From: Alphaproteobacteria bacterium
GTDB lineage: Bacteria; Pseudomonadota; Alphaproteobacteria; Rs-D84
Reading direction: 5' to 3'
Assembly: GCA_017629245.1 (NCBI GenBank)
Contig: JAGBXO010000002.1
Location: 86,475 to 150,474, forward strand
DNA length: 64,000 bases
In this document: positions 42,509 through 52,549 of the stretch, in pieces
Position numbering within the stretch: position 1 is the stretch's first letter
Layout: the number at the start of each line of letters is the position of its first letter
Made by a program: the position numbers and the translations under genes
The notes under the pieces: model-generated
The model's database searches: none
Told to the model about the DNA's origin: nothing
The model's input: the letters and a program-made list of their open reading frames with translations, nothing else

Positions 42509-42641
42509 AGGCTGAACTAATCGTGTTGATGTGATTGACGACCACGGAATGATTTGTCAGTTTTGGCTAAGTTATAAATCAGGGTGGCACCGCGCAGCCA
42601 TTTTGACTTGCGCCCCTGAAATTTAACAAATGTGTGGGTGC
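42509..42641 (+). promoter_or_regulatory. T-box-like riboswitch (Asp) in the aspS leader
   Basis: TCAGGG-TGGCACC-GCGCA...TGCGC-CCCTGA perfect antiterminator with 7-nt bulge; GAC codons in an upstream short stem. Confidence 0.75.
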
Positions 42642-42695
42642 CGAAATTCCAAAAAAATCTTTTCGTTGCCCCGCAAAAACAAAAAAGGGACCGAA

Positions 42696-44465
42696 ATGTT
42701 ATCTTTGAAATCAAAGTTCAGAACACATACATGTGGTGAATTGAATACAAAAAATGTTGGTGAAACAGTTGTTTTGTCAGGTTGGGTGCATCGTAAACGC
42801 GACCATGGGTCGTTGCTGTTTATTGATTTGCGCGATAATTATGGTTTAACACAGATTGTTTTTGATGGTGGGGATGAAAATCTGGAAAAAATTCGCCCGG
42901 AATCTGTGATTCAGGTGACAGGAACTGTTGTTGCGCGTGATGCTGCGGCGGTTAATGATAAAATCCCAACAGGGGGTATTGAAATTCAGGCCACTGCATA
43001 CGAAGTGCTGACAAATTGTGAAGTTTTGCCGTTCCAGGTATTTGGTGATGATGATTCTGTGGCCGAAGATTTGCGTTTGAAATATCGCTATATTGATTTG
43101 CGTCGTGAATCACTGCATAACAATATTTTAATGCGCAACCGTATTATTAAATTTATGCGTGATAAAATGTGGGAGATGGGATTTTCGGAATTTCAAACAC
43201 CGGTTCTGACCGCGTCCAGTCCAGAAGGTGCACGTGACTTTATCGTCCCCAGTCGCAATCATCATGGTATGTTCTATGCGTTGCCACAGGCACCACAACA
43301 GTTTAAACAGTTGTTGCAGGTCGCGGGGTTTGACCGCTATTTCCAGGTGGCACCATGTTTTCGTGACGAAGATTTGCGTGCGGACAGATTGTTAGAATTT
43401 TATCAATTAGATATGGAAATGTCGTTTGTTGATTTGCCAGATATTCAGGCCGTTGGTAATGAATTAATGCCGGCAATGATACGCGAATTTGTGCCAAATG
43501 CAATTGTCGCAGATGATATTCCACATATTCCATTTGATGAAGCAATGCTGAAATATGGGTCTGATAAGCCAGATTTGCGCAATCCAATCATTATTCATGA
43601 TGTGACGGAAATATTCCGTGGGTCTGAATTTGGAATCTTTGCAAATGCAGTTGAAAATGGCAGTGTTGTTCGTGCAATTCCTGCACCAAATTCATCGGAC
43701 AAGCCGCGTTCTTGGTTTGATAAACTGGGTGATTATGCAGTCAAAGAACTGGGACTGGGCGGATTGGCGTATGTCGTTTTCGGGGAAGAGGCCAAGGGTC
43801 CCGTTGCAAAGAAGTTAGATGATGCGCGTATTGCAAAACTGCGTGAAATTGCAGGTGATAATTCGTCGTTATTCTTTGTTTGTGACGCGGCGGATGCAGC
43901 TGCGCGCGCGGCGGGTAAGTTGCGTACAAAATTGGGTGAAGATTTAGGTTTGATTAATCCAAATGAATTCCGTTTGTGTTGGATCGAATCTTTCCCGTTC
44001 TTTGAAGCGGATGAAGAATCGCCAACAGGGATTGCGTTTACACATAATCCGTTCTCGTTCCCGATGGCAACATTGGAAGAATTAAGTACTAAAAATCCAT
44101 TGGAAATCAAGGCAGCACAATTTGATATGGTATTAAATGGTGCGGAAATATGCAGTGGTGGTTTGCGCAACTATAACCCTGATATTATGGTAAAGTGCTT
44201 TGAAATTACCGGCTATGACGAAGAAATTGTAAAAGAAAAGTTCGGCGGTATGTACACTGCGTTCAAATATGGTGCGCCACCACACGGTGGTTGTGCGTTT
44301 GGTATTGACCGTTTGGTACAAATTATGTTGGGCGAAGAAAATCTGCGTGGTGTTGTGGCGTTTCCAACAAATCAGCGCGGACAAGACCTGATGTTGGGGG
44401 CACCAACAAATGTGACCGAGCAACAATTGCGCGAAGTTCATATTCAGGTCAGAAAAAAGAACTAA
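42696..44465 (+). CDS. aspS: aspartate--tRNA ligase
   Basis: RTHTCGEL, RDHG, PEGARDF, YALPQAPQQFKQLL, CFRDED.RADR, GAPPHGG. Confidence 0.97.
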   Translation: MLSLKSKFRTHTCGELNTKNVGETVVLSGWVHRKRDHGSLLFIDLRDNYGLTQIVFDGGDENLEKIRPESVIQVTGTVVARDAAAVNDKIPTGGIEIQATAYEVLTNCEVLPFQVFGDDDSVAEDLRLKYRYIDLRRESLHNNILMRNRIIKFMRDKMWEMGFSEFQTPVLTASSPEGARDFIVPSRNHHGMFYALPQAPQQFKQLLQVAGFDRYFQVAPCFRDEDLRADRLLEFYQLDMEMSFVDLPDIQAVGNELMPAMIREFVPNAIVADDIPHIPFDEAMLKYGSDKPDLRNPIIIHDVTEIFRGSEFGIFANAVENGSVVRAIPAPNSSDKPRSWFDKLGDYAVKELGLGGLAYVVFGEEAKGPVAKKLDDARIAKLREIAGDNSSLFFVCDAADAAARAAGKLRTKLGEDLGLINPNEFRLCWIESFPFFEADEESPTGIAFTHNPFSFPMATLEELSTKNPLEIKAAQFDMVLNGAEICSGGLRNYNPDIMVKCFEITGYDEEIVKEKFGGMYTAFKYGAPPHGGCAFGIDRLVQIMLGEENLRGVVAFPTNQRGQDLMLGAPTNVTEQQLREVHIQVRKKN

Positions 44466-44474
44466 AAAAAAATA

Positions 44475-44500
44475 AAACCGTCCGATTGGGCGGTTTTTAT
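44475..44500 (+). terminator. intrinsic terminator after aspS
   Basis: AAACCGTCC-GATT-GGGCGGTTTTT. Confidence 0.7.
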
Positions 44501-44577
44501 TTTGTGTGAATTCATACCTGATGCCAAAGATTTTATTCCATATATAATCTTAACAATAAAAAAGGAAGGGGAATAAA

Positions 44578-44928
44578 ATGCAAAATCGTATAAATGTTTT
44601 GGCACAAAATTTGAATTTAAGTTTGTATCAATCAAATAAACTGAAAACTAATTATGAACAGTATAATATTTCACGCCTGGTAAAGCGGGGCGGGGTGCTG
44701 TTTGCGCCGTATAATATGCCGGGGATTTTTGGCTGGATTGGGCGCGTGTTGTTTGGGGTGCGCGCAGATTTAATTGGTGAAAATAAAATACTGTTGCAAG
44801 GGATGCGTAAGATAAAATTTTGCGCGAATGGTTATCACTGTGTGCGTGTTGGACGGCATGTATATTATGCAGATGCATCAGGTAATGTTGTATCGCGTGG
44901 GGAATTTATAGAAAACACACGGTGTTAA
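44578..44928 (+). CDS. hypothetical protein
   Basis: 116 aa with SD. Confidence 0.6.
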   Translation: MQNRINVLAQNLNLSLYQSNKLKTNYEQYNISRLVKRGGVLFAPYNMPGIFGWIGRVLFGVRADLIGENKILLQGMRKIKFCANGYHCVRVGRHVYYADASGNVVSRGEFIENTRC

Positions 44929-47402
44929 AAACGGTCGTGTGTTTCAATAAATGCACGCATAAAATTGATATCAATATTTTGCATTATATCAGACAGTGAA
45001 TACTGGCGGCCACCGTTCGGCAGTATACCCAGTTCTATTGTTGCAACATCTGGTGCGGTGCCACGCATGATGATATCAAATTCTGCCGTCATTAAACCGT
45101 CTGTTATTGCCAGGCCACCAATAATATCGGTGTGACGGGCGGATAGGTTTATTGCCTCGGTCGATATAAAGTTTCCATCAGAATATGTGCCGACGATTCT
45201 CATTTCTTTGATTTTTGTTTCGCCATCAGTCAGGGCGCGTGCCAATGCGCGTTCGGCGTTTAATCGGGTTATGTTTTTAGCAGATGCGTAAAACTCGTCA
45301 GTTCCCAGACCAATTAAATAGCCGTTGTAAAATGTTAAATCAATGTCGCCAGACATATTGTAATAAATGTCATTTGCGATTTGACCAGATGTGTTCATTA
45401 CAATTTGGCCAGTTATCATTGTGTCACGAATATTCAGTGGCATTTGTGGGGATAATAATTTGCCGTTGATTACAAATTGGTTTAGTTGTGCAAATATATT
45501 GTATTTGGATTTGTCGCGTTCAATGGTTGCTAGTAAATTACCGCGTTCGGCATCTGTGATAGAAAATGTCTGGGAATTTTTTTTCAAAGAATACAGAAAG
45601 TTTTTATAACTGTTGCCGTTGTAAATCAATGTATTTGCAGACAGTGATATATTAAGCGGTAAATTAAACAGTGTTAGAACAGGTACATTTGCCAAGAATT
45701 CCATTTGTTCTGCATTTTTTATAAATTCTGGATTTATAAAAGATTCTAGGTCTAAGGATGTGGTATTTAATGTGATGTTTTGGCCGGATGCGCTGCCTGA
45801 AAATTCATGGCCTGATATCTTTATGTTCAGATTTGATATTCTGTTTTTATCATAAAATCCAGATATACTGTATGCGCCGTCGCGCAGGAATCGTGTATCC
45901 ATATCAATTGGTAACCAGGTTTTATAATTCTTGCCGGTCAGGTGAAAATAATTATCGTACATGGAAAGTTGCCATTGCTTGTTATGTGGGGCAAAGGTCA
46001 GCATGTCTTTGTTCCATGAAAAATTACCCGGTGCATTTTGTATAAAGTCGGGCAAAAAAGGCATATTGATATTTAACCATTTTAGGGTTTTGTTTTGTGC
46101 ATAACTGTATGATGGGGTTATGCCAGATGGGCTGATTTTATATGTGCCAGCAATGTCAGAGAAACGGAATTTTATAATACCGTTGGTGCCAAAATGTTTG
46201 ACCATTTCTAATAATTGGTCATCGGTTGGCATTTTCTTGTTAGATTCCATATTGATATAAAATGTGTCACCATCAACAGATAGACTGCCTGAAATGTTGC
46301 CATAGGAAAATTTACTGCATTCCCATTTCTTTGGTGTGCCAGAAAACAGGCACATTGCAGGTGTTTTATTTATTGGCATTGTTATCATCAGGTTTTTTGC
46401 ACCGTTGCCGGTTATGGTGCCACCGGTGATTGCTATATTGTCTGCGACAATGTTTGCAATTTGAAATGCGTTGTTGGTGCCGGTTGCTTGAATTCGCAGG
46501 TGGTGAAATTTATGACGCATAAAGGTCAGGTCACCATAAAAATCAAGGTTTAATTTTGTACGATTTATTAAATCGTTTGTTGCCAAAAGAAATGAAAAAT
46601 CCATATTCAGGTCATCGGATACCAATTGGATGTCTTTGTCGCCGTTTGGAAATATTTCAATGTTGCCTGATACATTGTCGGCCGTGATGTTTGTGAATTT
46701 GTATCCATTACCACCGTTCCATTCAAAATCCATATCCAGTTTAACGGTTTTTGTGATTTTAGGTTTTTGGATGTTGAACCATTCGTTTATATGGTCTGTT
46801 TCAACGGAAATATGACCGCGGATTGAACCGTCAGAAAACATTTGACCGTTGATTTCCAGTTTGTCGTTTTTGTTTACTATTTTGAATGTATCGCCAGAAA
46901 ATTCAACATCGTATTTGTGTTCGGCGGTACGGATTATGCCGTGAAATTCGTTGTCTGTAAAGTCTGCGCGAACAATATGGAATTTACGTCCCATAAAGTT
47001 TATATCACTGTTGTACAATTCTATGTTATGGTTGAAAAACGCAGGGGCCAATTTATCAATTGTTATGTCGGCATCATATACAACAACAGGGCCATTTAGG
47101 CGCGCGTTTTTGATGTCAAAGAAACTGCGAAATGGAATTGAAAATATTACAGATCCAATATGGGCGGTTGGGACATTTACATCGTGTGCGACGATTGTTG
47201 CGCCGCCAATCAGACTGAAATGTATGTCGCCATTTAATTTTGCGGGGACATTTGTTTGTTCGGCAACAGACTTTTCAACCATAGGTTTCAGGCTGTTCAA
47301 TGTTATCATCGGGGGAATAAATATCATTGCCATTACCAGTGCGGTAATGGTGCAGATTATGCTCCAAAATATTCTTCGCTTGTGTCTTGGTTTAAGTGCC
47401 AT
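44925..47402 (-). CDS. AsmA family protein
   Basis: N-terminal TM + 'GDIHFSL', beta-rich body, AsmA-like C-terminus (SGDIDLTF.NG.L.G, GET, G.YSDG). Confidence 0.65.
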   Translation of the reverse strand: MALKPRHKRRIFWSIICTITALVMAMIFIPPMITLNSLKPMVEKSVAEQTNVPAKLNGDIHFSLIGGATIVAHDVNVPTAHIGSVIFSIPFRSFFDIKNARLNGPVVVYDADITIDKLAPAFFNHNIELYNSDINFMGRKFHIVRADFTDNEFHGIIRTAEHKYDVEFSGDTFKIVNKNDKLEINGQMFSDGSIRGHISVETDHINEWFNIQKPKITKTVKLDMDFEWNGGNGYKFTNITADNVSGNIEIFPNGDKDIQLVSDDLNMDFSFLLATNDLINRTKLNLDFYGDLTFMRHKFHHLRIQATGTNNAFQIANIVADNIAITGGTITGNGAKNLMITMPINKTPAMCLFSGTPKKWECSKFSYGNISGSLSVDGDTFYINMESNKKMPTDDQLLEMVKHFGTNGIIKFRFSDIAGTYKISPSGITPSYSYAQNKTLKWLNINMPFLPDFIQNAPGNFSWNKDMLTFAPHNKQWQLSMYDNYFHLTGKNYKTWLPIDMDTRFLRDGAYSISGFYDKNRISNLNIKISGHEFSGSASGQNITLNTTSLDLESFINPEFIKNAEQMEFLANVPVLTLFNLPLNISLSANTLIYNGNSYKNFLYSLKKNSQTFSITDAERGNLLATIERDKSKYNIFAQLNQFVINGKLLSPQMPLNIRDTMITGQIVMNTSGQIANDIYYNMSGDIDLTFYNGYLIGLGTDEFYASAKNITRLNAERALARALTDGETKIKEMRIVGTYSDGNFISTEAINLSARHTDIIGGLAITDGLMTAEFDIIMRGTAPDVATIELGILPNGGRQYSLSDIMQNIDINFMRAFIETHDRF

Positions 47403-47461
47403 GAATTTGCCCCCCTTGCTTTTTAATTATACTGAATTATAATGAAAATTGTTAATAAAAA

Positions 47462-49453
47462 ATGAAGCGCGCAGAATTTTATCTTGAAAGTGATTATCAG
47501 CCGATGGGGGATCAACCAACGGCAATTTCAGAATTGGTTGACGGGGTGGATTCTGGACGACAATCCCAGGTTTTATTAGGTGTGACGGGGTCAGGCAAGA
47601 CATTTACAATGGCGAATGTTATTGCAAAACTGGGGCGGCCGGCATTGATTATGGCACCAAATAAAATACTGGCGGCGCAATTGTATACGGAAATGAAATC
47701 TTTTTTTCCACGCAATCATGTGGAATATTTTGTGTCTTATTATGATTATTATCAGCCTGAGGCATATATGCCAACAACAGATACATATATTGATAAAGAC
47801 GCATCAATAAATGAACAGTTGGATCGTATGCGACATAGTGCGACGCGCGCAATGTTGGAAGAGCGTGATGTTGTTGTGGTGTCCAGCGTGTCATCAATTT
47901 ACGGTATGGGGTCGCCTGAACAATATGCAGGTATGAAATTAATCTTGCGGGCAGGGGATATGATTTCAATGCGTGATGCAATGCGCGCGTTGGTTGATAT
48001 TCAATATAAAAGAAATGATACCGCGTTTGCGCGCGGGGATTTTCGTGTCCGTGGCGATGTGTTAGATATATTCCCATCACATGCAATGGATCGGGCGTGG
48101 AAGTTGTCTTTCTGGGGTGATGAAATAGAAGAAATATGGGAGTTTGATACCTTAACAGGGGCAAAACTGCAAAAGTTAGACAGGGTTGTGGTTTATCCGA
48201 ATACACACTATGCAACGCCAATGCCCAGTGTTATGCAGGCAATTGCCCAGATTAGAGATGACCTGAAAGAAAGGTTGGATTATTTTCATGAAAATATGAA
48301 ATATATTGAAGAACAGCGTTTGCGTGAACGTGTGAACTTTGATATTGAAATGATGGAAAGTACGGGGACATGTCGTGGGGTGGAAAACTATTCCCGGTAT
48401 TTATCAGGGCGAAAGCCAGGTCAGCCGCCACCAACACTGTTTGAATATCTGCCAAAAGATGCGGTTTTATTTATTGATGAAAGTCATGTAACTGTGCCAC
48501 AAATTGGCGCGATGAGTCGTGGTGACCGTGCGCGCAAAGAAACATTGTCGCAATATGGATTTCGTTTGCCTGCCTGTGTTGATAACCGGCCGTTAACATT
48601 TGAAGAATGGGATAGTCTGCGTCCCCAGACAATATTTGTGTCGGCAACGCCGGGTGCGTGGGAATTAGAACAATCGGGCGGCGTTGTTTCAGAACAGGTT
48701 ATTCGTCCCACAGGGTTGCTGGACCCGGTGTGCGTGGTGCGACCAACCACACACCAGGTTGATGATTTGTTAGAACAGGTGAAAAAAACATCGGGTCGTG
48801 TGTTGGTGACAACACTGACCAAAAAAATGGCCGAGCAGTTGACAGATTATCTGAATGAAAATGGGGTTCGGGCAAAATATCTGCACAGTGATATTGAAAC
48901 ACTGGAACGCATTGAATTGTTGCGCGAATTGCGTATGGGAAAATTTGATGTCTTGGTTGGTATCAATTTGCTGCGTGAAGGATTGGATGTGCCAGAATGC
49001 GAATTGGTTGCAATTATGGATGCGGATAAAGAGGGGTTCTTGCGTTCAACACGGTCGCTGATTCAGACAATTGGGCGTGCGGCGCGTAATGCAAATGGTC
49101 TGGTTATTTTGTATGCGGATAAGATGACCGATTCTATGAAAGATGCGCTGGAAGAGACGGCGCGTCGTCGTGAAAAGCAAATGGCGTATAACACTGCGCA
49201 TGGAATTGTACCAAAGACGGTAAGCAAGGCCATATTTGCCGAGGTTGGTGAGAAAAAAGAAAAAACAGACAAATTGCGAAAATTTGTTTATGATAAATCT
49301 GGTGGCGTGATGGATGCAGAATCAATTCGTCGCGAAATTAAAAAATTAACCCAGCAAATGCACAGCGCGGCAGAAGACCTGGAATTTGAACGGGCAGCAG
49401 AAATTCGCGATGCAATTCACAGACTGGAAGATGATTTGTTATTAGTGGAGTAG
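47462..49453 (+). CDS. uvrB: excinuclease ABC subunit B
   Basis: GDQP, LGVTGSGKT, FVSYYDYYQPEAY, DESH, C-terminal UVR domain. Confidence 0.98.
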   Translation: MKRAEFYLESDYQPMGDQPTAISELVDGVDSGRQSQVLLGVTGSGKTFTMANVIAKLGRPALIMAPNKILAAQLYTEMKSFFPRNHVEYFVSYYDYYQPEAYMPTTDTYIDKDASINEQLDRMRHSATRAMLEERDVVVVSSVSSIYGMGSPEQYAGMKLILRAGDMISMRDAMRALVDIQYKRNDTAFARGDFRVRGDVLDIFPSHAMDRAWKLSFWGDEIEEIWEFDTLTGAKLQKLDRVVVYPNTHYATPMPSVMQAIAQIRDDLKERLDYFHENMKYIEEQRLRERVNFDIEMMESTGTCRGVENYSRYLSGRKPGQPPPTLFEYLPKDAVLFIDESHVTVPQIGAMSRGDRARKETLSQYGFRLPACVDNRPLTFEEWDSLRPQTIFVSATPGAWELEQSGGVVSEQVIRPTGLLDPVCVVRPTTHQVDDLLEQVKKTSGRVLVTTLTKKMAEQLTDYLNENGVRAKYLHSDIETLERIELLRELRMGKFDVLVGINLLREGLDVPECELVAIMDADKEGFLRSTRSLIQTIGRAARNANGLVILYADKMTDSMKDALEETARRREKQMAYNTAHGIVPKTVSKAIFAEVGEKKEKTDKLRKFVYDKSGGVMDAESIRREIKKLTQQMHSAAEDLEFERAAEIRDAIHRLEDDLLLVE

Positions 49454-49457
49454 GGAT

Positions 49458-49871
49458 ATGCAACAACAAGAATTTATTTTAGAAAATGTTGAACAAATGC
49501 GGGCGTGGGCGCGTGGGTTTGCGCAAACCCTGACTGCGCCATGTGTTGTGGCGTTGCATGGGGATTTGGGAATGGGAAAGTCCGAGATTGCCCGTACAAT
49601 TATTCAAACATTGCGTGGGGCAGATACGGTTGTGCCCAGTCCGACATTTACAATTGTGCAGAATTATGATGGGATTTCTCATTTTGACCTGTATCGTATA
49701 GAAGATGCAGATGAATTGGTTGAGGTGGGCCTGCAACATGCGATGGAAAATGATATAACACTGATTGAATGGCCCGAGGTTGCATCTGCGGTTTTACCAA
49801 CAGACGCAATTCATATTTTTATAACGGAATATAATTCTGGTCGCAGGATGATTGTTAAGAATATATCCTGA
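49458..49871 (+). CDS. tsaE: tRNA threonylcarbamoyladenosine ATPase TsaE
   Basis: GDLGMGKS, SPTFTIV..Y, HFDLYR, IEW. Confidence 0.95.
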   Translation: MQQQEFILENVEQMRAWARGFAQTLTAPCVVALHGDLGMGKSEIARTIIQTLRGADTVVPSPTFTIVQNYDGISHFDLYRIEDADELVEVGLQHAMENDITLIEWPEVASAVLPTDAIHIFITEYNSGRRMIVKNIS

Positions 49872-49906
49872 TTGCACAATGGGATAAAAAAATATATTCT
49901 GATTTA

Positions 49907-50020
49907 TGTAAACAGTGCGCCGGAAAAACACACAGCGGACTTTCCTAGAAAAAAAGCCCCGAACCCACATCCCGACGGCGTGGTGTTTAAAGAAAATACA
50001 CCAGAAAATGGTGTATTTTT
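49907..50020 (+). ncRNA. candidate structured small RNA of unknown family
   Basis: TTGCAC-17-TATTCT promoter, terminal stem 49909-49989, terminator 49993-50020, no ORF. Confidence 0.5.
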
Positions 50021-51806
50021 AATTTTCAGAAATAGGTGTTCTTTTTAATAAACTGTGTACCGCCAATGGAAAGTCAGGACTGCGTGCTAGGTAAGAACCT
50101 GATATAAGTAAATCTGCACCTGCATCCCAACACAGTTGGGCAGTTTTATCGGTTATGCCACCATCAACTGAGATTAAAAATCTAAGTCCATATTTTTTGC
50201 GTGTCGCCGCCAAAACAGAAATTTTGTGCAGGGCGGTTGGTTCAAAGTTTTGACCCGCCGCTCCAGGGGTTACAGACATTATCATTACTTCATCAATATC
50301 GCGTAAAACAGATTTTAATAAGGATACGGATGATTCAGGATTCAGCGCAATTCCAACACGACGACCGGAATTTTTTACAACACGGATTGCGTTGCGCAGG
50401 CCAGATGTGTTGGTTGACAGTATTACTGTGTCTGCGCCTGCGGATATGGCGTCGGCCGCCCATACAGATGGACTCTCGGTCATTAAATGTACGTGTAGGT
50501 GGGCGTTTGTGTGTGCGCGAATTGTTTTTAATTCTTCTATGCCTCCGGCAATTCGGTCAACATAAAATCCGTCCATAATATCAACATGTATCATAGATAT
50601 GCCGCCGGATTTAAACATGCTGTATGTGTTCGGGTTGCGCATGTCAAAACATAGTGTGCTGGGTAAAACAGGGATAAATTTTGTTTTTTGTTTTGGTTTG
50701 CGATTAAGGATTTTGCTAAACCAACTTGTGCGTGTTGCCCATCTTTCGTGGCGCGCAATGTATTTTTGACGATGTGCATCTTCTGATTTCCAGATATGGT
50801 CGGCCAGTGCACGAACAGTCGCATCAATACCAAGAGTTTCTGTTACCACAGCAAAAGCGTTTTCAATAAAATCACGCAAACCGTCGGTTTCGGCACCGCC
50901 ACCTGTTAGTATGATTTTTGATGGTCGGTATTTTGTAAATGATGTTAGGCATTGATCTTTAATCTGACCAATGATGTCAACCAAGATTGGTAATATTATG
51001 TCGTTAACATCGCCACGTGAAAAATCGTATGCTGTATCAGCAGGGGTGAATCTGTCCATGTCGCGTGGTATCAGTGATGCGACCGCGCGCTTAATTCGGT
51101 CAGCCGATTCAGGGTCCAGATTTAATGTGTTAGATATTGCGTTTGTTATATCGTGGCCACCCAGTTTGATTTTTGTGTGCCAAACGGGGCCGCGGTCTGT
51201 CCAAATAGATGCAGATGTATATTCGTTGCCGAAATCAATGAACATTACAGTCTGTTTCTTTTCACGATAATTTGTGTTTAATAAAAACTGTGGGTCATAG
51301 AAAGATGTGGCCTGGATGTGTGCCCCACGAAGATGTTCATTGATTTTGTTTATACCATTTGCGGAATAGAAAATTGTACTAAATGCAGATACTAATTGTC
51401 GGTCAATATGTCCAACAGGTGACAACATATTGCGCGCAGTGGGGGTATCATACCGTAATGGTATAATGTGAACAGGAAAATATTTTTCGGGTGGTGTTAT
51501 TTGCGATATTTGATTGCGTATGTCTGTATTAGTGATTCTGTGTTCGCCAGACCAGGTTGTGCTTTTTGCGGTCATTTCAAACGCAGATTGTCCCAAGTTT
51601 CCCGTGATATAGGCCGAGTCAAAATGTGCGCCAATTTGTCGTTCCAGTTCATCTGTTACAGATTTTATGGCAAATATGGTATCGGTACTGTCAATTGTGA
51701 AAAATGCAGAACGATCAATTTGGGCACCGTGAATACGGTGCGCAATACCGCGCACACCATATGTGCCAATATCCAGACACAAAAAAGATGAATCATACAG
51801 GTTCAT
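50019..51806 (-). CDS. FtsA-like actin-fold domain fused to ribulose-phosphate 3-epimerase
   Basis: aa 1-~370: LDIGT, IDFG, LGGHDIT..I, ILTGGGA. aa ~378-595: HVDIMDG, HLM, MSVTPG..GQ, VDGGI, GAD..ISGS. Follows ftsQ. Confidence 0.85.
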   Translation of the reverse strand: MNLYDSSFLCLDIGTYGVRGIAHRIHGAQIDRSAFFTIDSTDTIFAIKSVTDELERQIGAHFDSAYITGNLGQSAFEMTAKSTTWSGEHRITNTDIRNQISQITPPEKYFPVHIIPLRYDTPTARNMLSPVGHIDRQLVSAFSTIFYSANGINKINEHLRGAHIQATSFYDPQFLLNTNYREKKQTVMFIDFGNEYTSASIWTDRGPVWHTKIKLGGHDITNAISNTLNLDPESADRIKRAVASLIPRDMDRFTPADTAYDFSRGDVNDIILPILVDIIGQIKDQCLTSFTKYRPSKIILTGGGAETDGLRDFIENAFAVVTETLGIDATVRALADHIWKSEDAHRQKYIARHERWATRTSWFSKILNRKPKQKTKFIPVLPSTLCFDMRNPNTYSMFKSGGISMIHVDIMDGFYVDRIAGGIEELKTIRAHTNAHLHVHLMTESPSVWAADAISAGADTVILSTNTSGLRNAIRVVKNSGRRVGIALNPESSVSLLKSVLRDIDEVMIMSVTPGAAGQNFEPTALHKISVLAATRKKYGLRFLISVDGGITDKTAQLCWDAGADLLISGSYLARSPDFPLAVHSLLKRTPISEN

Positions 51807-51813
51807 GTGTGTT

Positions 51814-52494
51814 TTATTTTATTAGAATGCGTGCATCATCACGCATGTCTATGGTTTTTATTGCCTTGCCCAGGATTCTGTGTTTGGTGTTTAATGTCAT
51901 CAGTGTGTTGATTGCAGATATTGGATTTATTTCAGGCAACATTACTGTTATGCCACCGGTTGTATATATGTTCCAACGGCGATTTTCAATCCATTCCATG
52001 TAATCTATATTGCCAACCAGGTTATGGGCGGCGCGTGTTATTTCAGATATGTCATTTGGTACAGGACCCCGAAATACAACGTCGGCTATATTGCGTACAT
52101 TTGTTGGGGTGTTTACAATTGTGCCATCTGCAGACAGTGGAAAATAATTTTCGCCATCTGTCCACAGTGCAACTGTCTGATGCATGTTCGTGCGAATGAT
52201 AATGTTGCCGTTTGGCAGACGACGAACTGCACAGTCTTTGACCCCTGGGACTGTGGATATGCGTTCCTTTAATATATTCAGGTCAACAGATTTTACCGGT
52301 GTATTTGGGGTAATAGATGCAGCCACTGCAATTGCAGAAAGATTTTGATCGCGGGTATCTGACGATATTGAAATGTTGCGAACATGTGCCAATGGGCCAC
52401 GACCACTGATTACCATGATAATGCGTGTGGCAAAATATATGCCAAAAATAATGGCGATAACAAAACACAGCCAAAACCAGATTGAACGCTTCAT
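51814..52494 (-). CDS. ftsQ: cell division protein FtsQ
   Basis: TM, POTRA (VKDCAVRRLPNG), NRRWN, IDMRD. Confidence 0.85.
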   Translation of the reverse strand: MKRSIWFWLCFVIAIIFGIYFATRIIMVISGRGPLAHVRNISISSDTRDQNLSAIAVAASITPNTPVKSVDLNILKERISTVPGVKDCAVRRLPNGNIIIRTNMHQTVALWTDGENYFPLSADGTIVNTPTNVRNIADVVFRGPVPNDISEITRAAHNLVGNIDYMEWIENRRWNIYTTGGITVMLPEINPISAINTLMTLNTKHRILGKAIKTIDMRDDARILIK

Positions 52495-52549
52495 GCGCAA
52501 TATTATATCATAAAATATATTAATAGGCAAAGATGAGAGAAAATATTTT

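Noticed and set aside
49936-49947. AGGAAAGTCCG on the minus strand resembling the RNase P RNA conserved region
   Set aside because: No room for a ~350-nt RNA and no 3' P4 consensus found
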